Source: Deltaproteobacteria bacterium (GTDB lineage Bacteria; Desulfobacterota; GWC2-55-46; JAJCZF01). From it: DNA of 64,000 bases. Positions 60,924-64,000 of this stretch are shown here, in pieces. Each line of letters opens with the position of its first letter. The first letter of the stretch is position 1. The position numbers were made by a program, and so were the translations under genes. The notes beneath the pieces were generated by a model. The model worked only from the letters and a program-made list of their open reading frames with translations. It had not been told where the DNA came from and made no database searches. The stretch spans positions 78,883 through 142,882 of the forward strand of contig JAJCZF010000074.1 of the NCBI GenBank assembly GCA_029262535.1. Reading direction: 5' to 3'.

Positions 60924-63900
60924 ATGAAAAATATTTCAATTATAATAGTTATTGATCCGGCGGACGATATACGGCCGGTAACCAGTGCGCTTGAGAAGGG
61001 CGGCTTTAGGGTAAAGCTAGAAGTGCTTTCTGACAGGAAGGCTCTTTGTTCGGCTCTTGCTAAGCGACCCTGGGACGCTGTGATAGTTACCGCTCATTCG
61101 TCCCTTGAAATGCTTAAGGTCTGCAAGGAGTGCGATCCTGATATCCCCTTCATAATAGTCTCGGATGAAACGGATGAGGCGGCAGTCGCTCATATTGCCT
61201 CCGCGATACGCGCTGGGGCGAGTGAATATGTAACATTGAAATATATCGATAATCTTCTTCCTATCCTTGAGCGGGAGCTGAAATACGCGCAGGCAAACCG
61301 GGAGAAATCTCATGCCGACGAGACCGTTGCGCACTACAAACTGCTCTTTGATAATATCTCCGATCTTGTCTACATCTGCGACGACAAGGGAGATATATTA
61401 TATCTTAATAGCGCTTTTGACAGGCTCTCAGGTTGCAAGAGAGATGACTATATTAATAAACCTTTTGCGCCCTTGTTCGATGAAGAGAATCTGAAGGTTG
61501 CGACAAAATTTTATAAGAAGACGCTTGGTGGCGAGAGCCCTACATTCGAGCTTTCTTTCAAAGAGAGCGGAATCTTATGTGAGTACAAGGCCCTTCCTCT
61601 CAGGGACGGTGATGGTAGGATAACCGGCGTGCTCGGCTCGGCCAGAGACGTTACCGGCAGAAGGCTCGCGGAAAAAGCCCTCTCCGAAGCCAATAAGGAG
61701 TTCCACGCAAAACTTACCGAGAGCGAGCTGGCACAGAGACTCTTTAAGAAGGTTCAGACCTTTGACCTGACCGACCTTGAAACCTTTCCAGAGATCGTAT
61801 ACCTTCAGGCCCGGGACCATACTATTCCTTTTGCCAACCGGCGTTTCAGGGAAGAATACGGTGAGCCCGGCGCGAGGCCCTGTTATGAGGTTATGTGGAA
61901 CAGGAACGAACCATGCGATGAATGTCGGACTTTTGAGGTCTTTGATACGCGCGAACCTATGGAATGGATATCGAATCATCTATCCAGTGGCAAATTTTAT
62001 CATGTCTACGACTATCCTTTTGAAGATACCGACGGCACTTTTCTAGTCCTTGAGATAAGCATAGATATAACGGAGCAAAGGCGCGCCGAGGAGGAGATCC
62101 GTCTTCTCGCCGAGATGACGGCCAATATTACGGAAGGGGCATCTCTGGTTAGAGTAAGCGACGGCACAATAGTTTATGCCAACGAACGTTATGAAGAGAT
62201 CTTCGGTTATGGGCCTGGCGAGCTTATATCTAAACATATAAGCGAGATCAATGCGCCTTCGGAAGATGGCGAAGATGCCAAGGACGACAAAGAGGTCTTT
62301 ACAGAGGTCTCCGCAGCGCTCAAACGTGACGGAATATGGACGGGCGAGGTAAGGAATCTAAAAAAAGACGGAACGATCATAACGACATATGCGAAGGTCA
62401 GCGCCTTTGAGTCCACGAAGTACGGCGCCGTCTGGTTGGGCATGCTGGAGGACATTACAGAGAAGAAACGGGCGGAGAAGGCCCTTGTCGATAGTGAGGC
62501 GCGTTTTAGGAGATTGGTGGAGACGACACCGCACGGTATTCAGGAGAACGATCTGAATGGAACTATTACCTTCAGTAACCTGGCTCACGCAAAGATGCTC
62601 GGCTACGAGGAAGGCGAGCTGGTGGGCAGGGCCATATGGGATTTTTATGAAGATGACGACGAGCGGCAGGCAATAACTAAATATCTTCAATACCTGATCG
62701 TGGAAGAGCCGGTCCCTTCCTCATATGTAGGCAAGAATATTACAAAAGACGGCAGGTCTATATATCTTCAGATCGACTGGAACTATATGCGTGACGACAA
62801 AGGAGTTCTTATAGGTTTTGTATCGATCATTACCGATATAACAGAACAAAGAGAGGCCCGTGAGGAGCTTGAAGAGAGCAGGGAACTGCTGGAGTCGGTA
62901 ATAGACAACTCCACGGCTGTTATATATATAAAAGACCCTGAAGGAAGATATATTCATGCGAATCGCTGTTTTAATAGACTTTTTAACCTGACAAAAGATG
63001 AAATTTCAGGCAAGACGGATCATGAACTCTTTCCTTTAGAGGCGGCCGATGCCTTTCGTAAAAATGATTTGGAGGTGATAAAGGCCGGAGCTCCACTTGA
63101 GTTTGAAGAGATAGCCTATAGTGTGGACGGCCCTCATACATATATCTCCAAAAAGTTTCCGCTATATGATTCCTCTCAGACCCTATATGCCGTCTGTGGC
63201 ATCTCCTCCGACATAACCGAGCGCAAGAGGGCGGAAGAGGCTCTAAAAGAGAGCGAGCAGCGTTTCAGGGCCGTATTTGAGAACGCTATCGACGGTATAG
63301 CCATCGCCGATATAAGCGACAGGTCAATATATACCTGTAATGAGACTTTTGCAAAGATGCTCGGTTATACGATTGAAGAGGTTACGGGGCTAAAGGTTGA
63401 AGATCTACATCCGAAAGAGAGCAGCGCTCTCGAAGAATTCGAGTTGGTCTTAAAAAAAGAAAAGAAGTTTGTAGGCGATTTTCCCGTTTTAAGAAAAGAC
63501 GGAACTATCTTTCATGCCGATATCAGTCCTTCAGTTATGAATATTCAGGGCAAAGAGTTAGTAATGGGTATCTTTAGAGATATTACGGAGCGGCTCGAAT
63601 CCTACGAGGAGAAGGAGAGGCTTCAGGAACAGCTCATGCAGTCGCAGAAGATGGAGGCCATCGGTCGCCTGACAGGCGCGATATCGCACGATTTTAATAA
63701 TATGATGATGTGTATTACGACACTCTGCCGCCTTGGAATAATGGACTCTGATGAAAACGGACCGGTCAGGGGATATTTTGGCGAGATAGATAATGCCAGC
63801 AAACGCGCTCGTAACCTGACCAGCTTGATTGCTAACTATGGCCTCAAAGGACTGCTTCAGTCTACAAGAGTCGACATCAATGAGGTTATTGAAAGCGAAC

Positions 63901-64000
63901 TTATGGACCTACTCTCAAGGTTAATAGGCGTCAACTATGAGATAAAATATGATCTGGCGGAGAGCCTATGGTCGGTTTATGTTGATAAGGCGCATATAGA
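60924..64000 (+). CDS. Degenerate-REC, multi-PAS histidine kinase, 3'-partial (runs off window end)
   Basis: Not in the ORF track. ATG 60924 is in frame with QSQKMEAIGRLTGAISHDFNN near 63640; several PAS units ending in DIT. Confidence 0.85.
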   Translation, partial: MKNISIIIVIDPADDIRPVTSALEKGGFRVKLEVLSDRKALCSALAKRPWDAVIVTAHSSLEMLKVCKECDPDIPFIIVSDETDEAAVAHIASAIRAGASEYVTLKYIDNLLPILERELKYAQANREKSHADETVAHYKLLFDNISDLVYICDDKGDILYLNSAFDRLSGCKRDDYINKPFAPLFDEENLKVATKFYKKTLGGESPTFELSFKESGILCEYKALPLRDGDGRITGVLGSARDVTGRRLAEKALSEANKEFHAKLTESELAQRLFKKVQTFDLTDLETFPEIVYLQARDHTIPFANRRFREEYGEPGARPCYEVMWNRNEPCDECRTFEVFDTREPMEWISNHLSSGKFYHVYDYPFEDTDGTFLVLEISIDITEQRRAEEEIRLLAEMTANITEGASLVRVSDGTIVYANERYEEIFGYGPGELISKHISEINAPSEDGEDAKDDKEVFTEVSAALKRDGIWTGEVRNLKKDGTIITTYAKVSAFESTKYGAVWLGMLEDITEKKRAEKALVDSEARFRRLVETTPHGIQENDLNGTITFSNLAHAKMLGYEEGELVGRAIWDFYEDDDERQAITKYLQYLIVEEPVPSSYVGKNITKDGRSIYLQIDWNYMRDDKGVLIGFVSIITDITEQREAREELEESRELLESVIDNSTAVIYIKDPEGRYIHANRCFNRLFNLTKDEISGKTDHELFPLEAADAFRKNDLEVIKAGAPLEFEEIAYSVDGPHTYISKKFPLYDSSQTLYAVCGISSDITERKRAEEALKESEQRFRAVFENAIDGIAIADISDRSIYTCNETFAKMLGYTIEEVTGLKVEDLHPKESSALEEFELVLKKEKKFVGDFPVLRKDGTIFHADISPSVMNIQGKELVMGIFRDITERLESYEEKERLQEQLMQSQKMEAIGRLTGAISHDFNNMMMCITTLCRLGIMDSDENGPVRGYFGEIDNASKRARNLTSLIANYGLKGLLQSTRVDINEVIESELMDLLSRLIGVNYEIKYDLAESLWSVYVDKAHI

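Overview
Bacterial chromosomal window, probably from a Deltaproteobacteria/Desulfobacterota-like organism (an impression, not a database result). From left to right: (1) GT-C-type membrane glycosyltransferase-like genes, an SGNH hydrolase and typA. (2) A Pho-box-controlled operon of a small 4-Cys protein, a phosphate porin and pstS. (3) A sugar/cyclitol-modification cluster: two methyltransferases, split transketolase, SDR, ATP-grasp, ROK kinase, GT2 and radical SAM. (4) A ~16 kb block of histidine kinases, receivers, HD-GYP proteins and an MHYT-PAS-PAS-GGDEF cyclase. (5) A Fur-boxed FTR1 plus beta-barrel islet between tRNA-Val(CAC) and a 45-bp copy of its 3' half, which also holds a tRNA-Lys(CTT) 3' fragment and an integrase remnant. 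(6) ruvX-mltG. (7) A sigma54-type operon of 'thermostable hemolysin', acyl-AMP ligase, TPR protein, radical SAM and SDR. (8) An Rrf2 regulator and an A2-type cytochrome c oxidase operon whose subunit I appears to lack the K-channel lysine. (9) A REC-AraC regulator, two paralogous Cys-motif miniproteins and a partial multi-PAS kinase. Two inverted copies of a 159-bp palindromic MITE are also present. The best candidate for an undescribed system is the hemolysin/acyl-AMP-ligase operon, where a radical SAM enzyme seems to replace the usual O2-dependent heme-oxygenase-like enzyme. All family calls come from reading motifs by eye; no searches were run.
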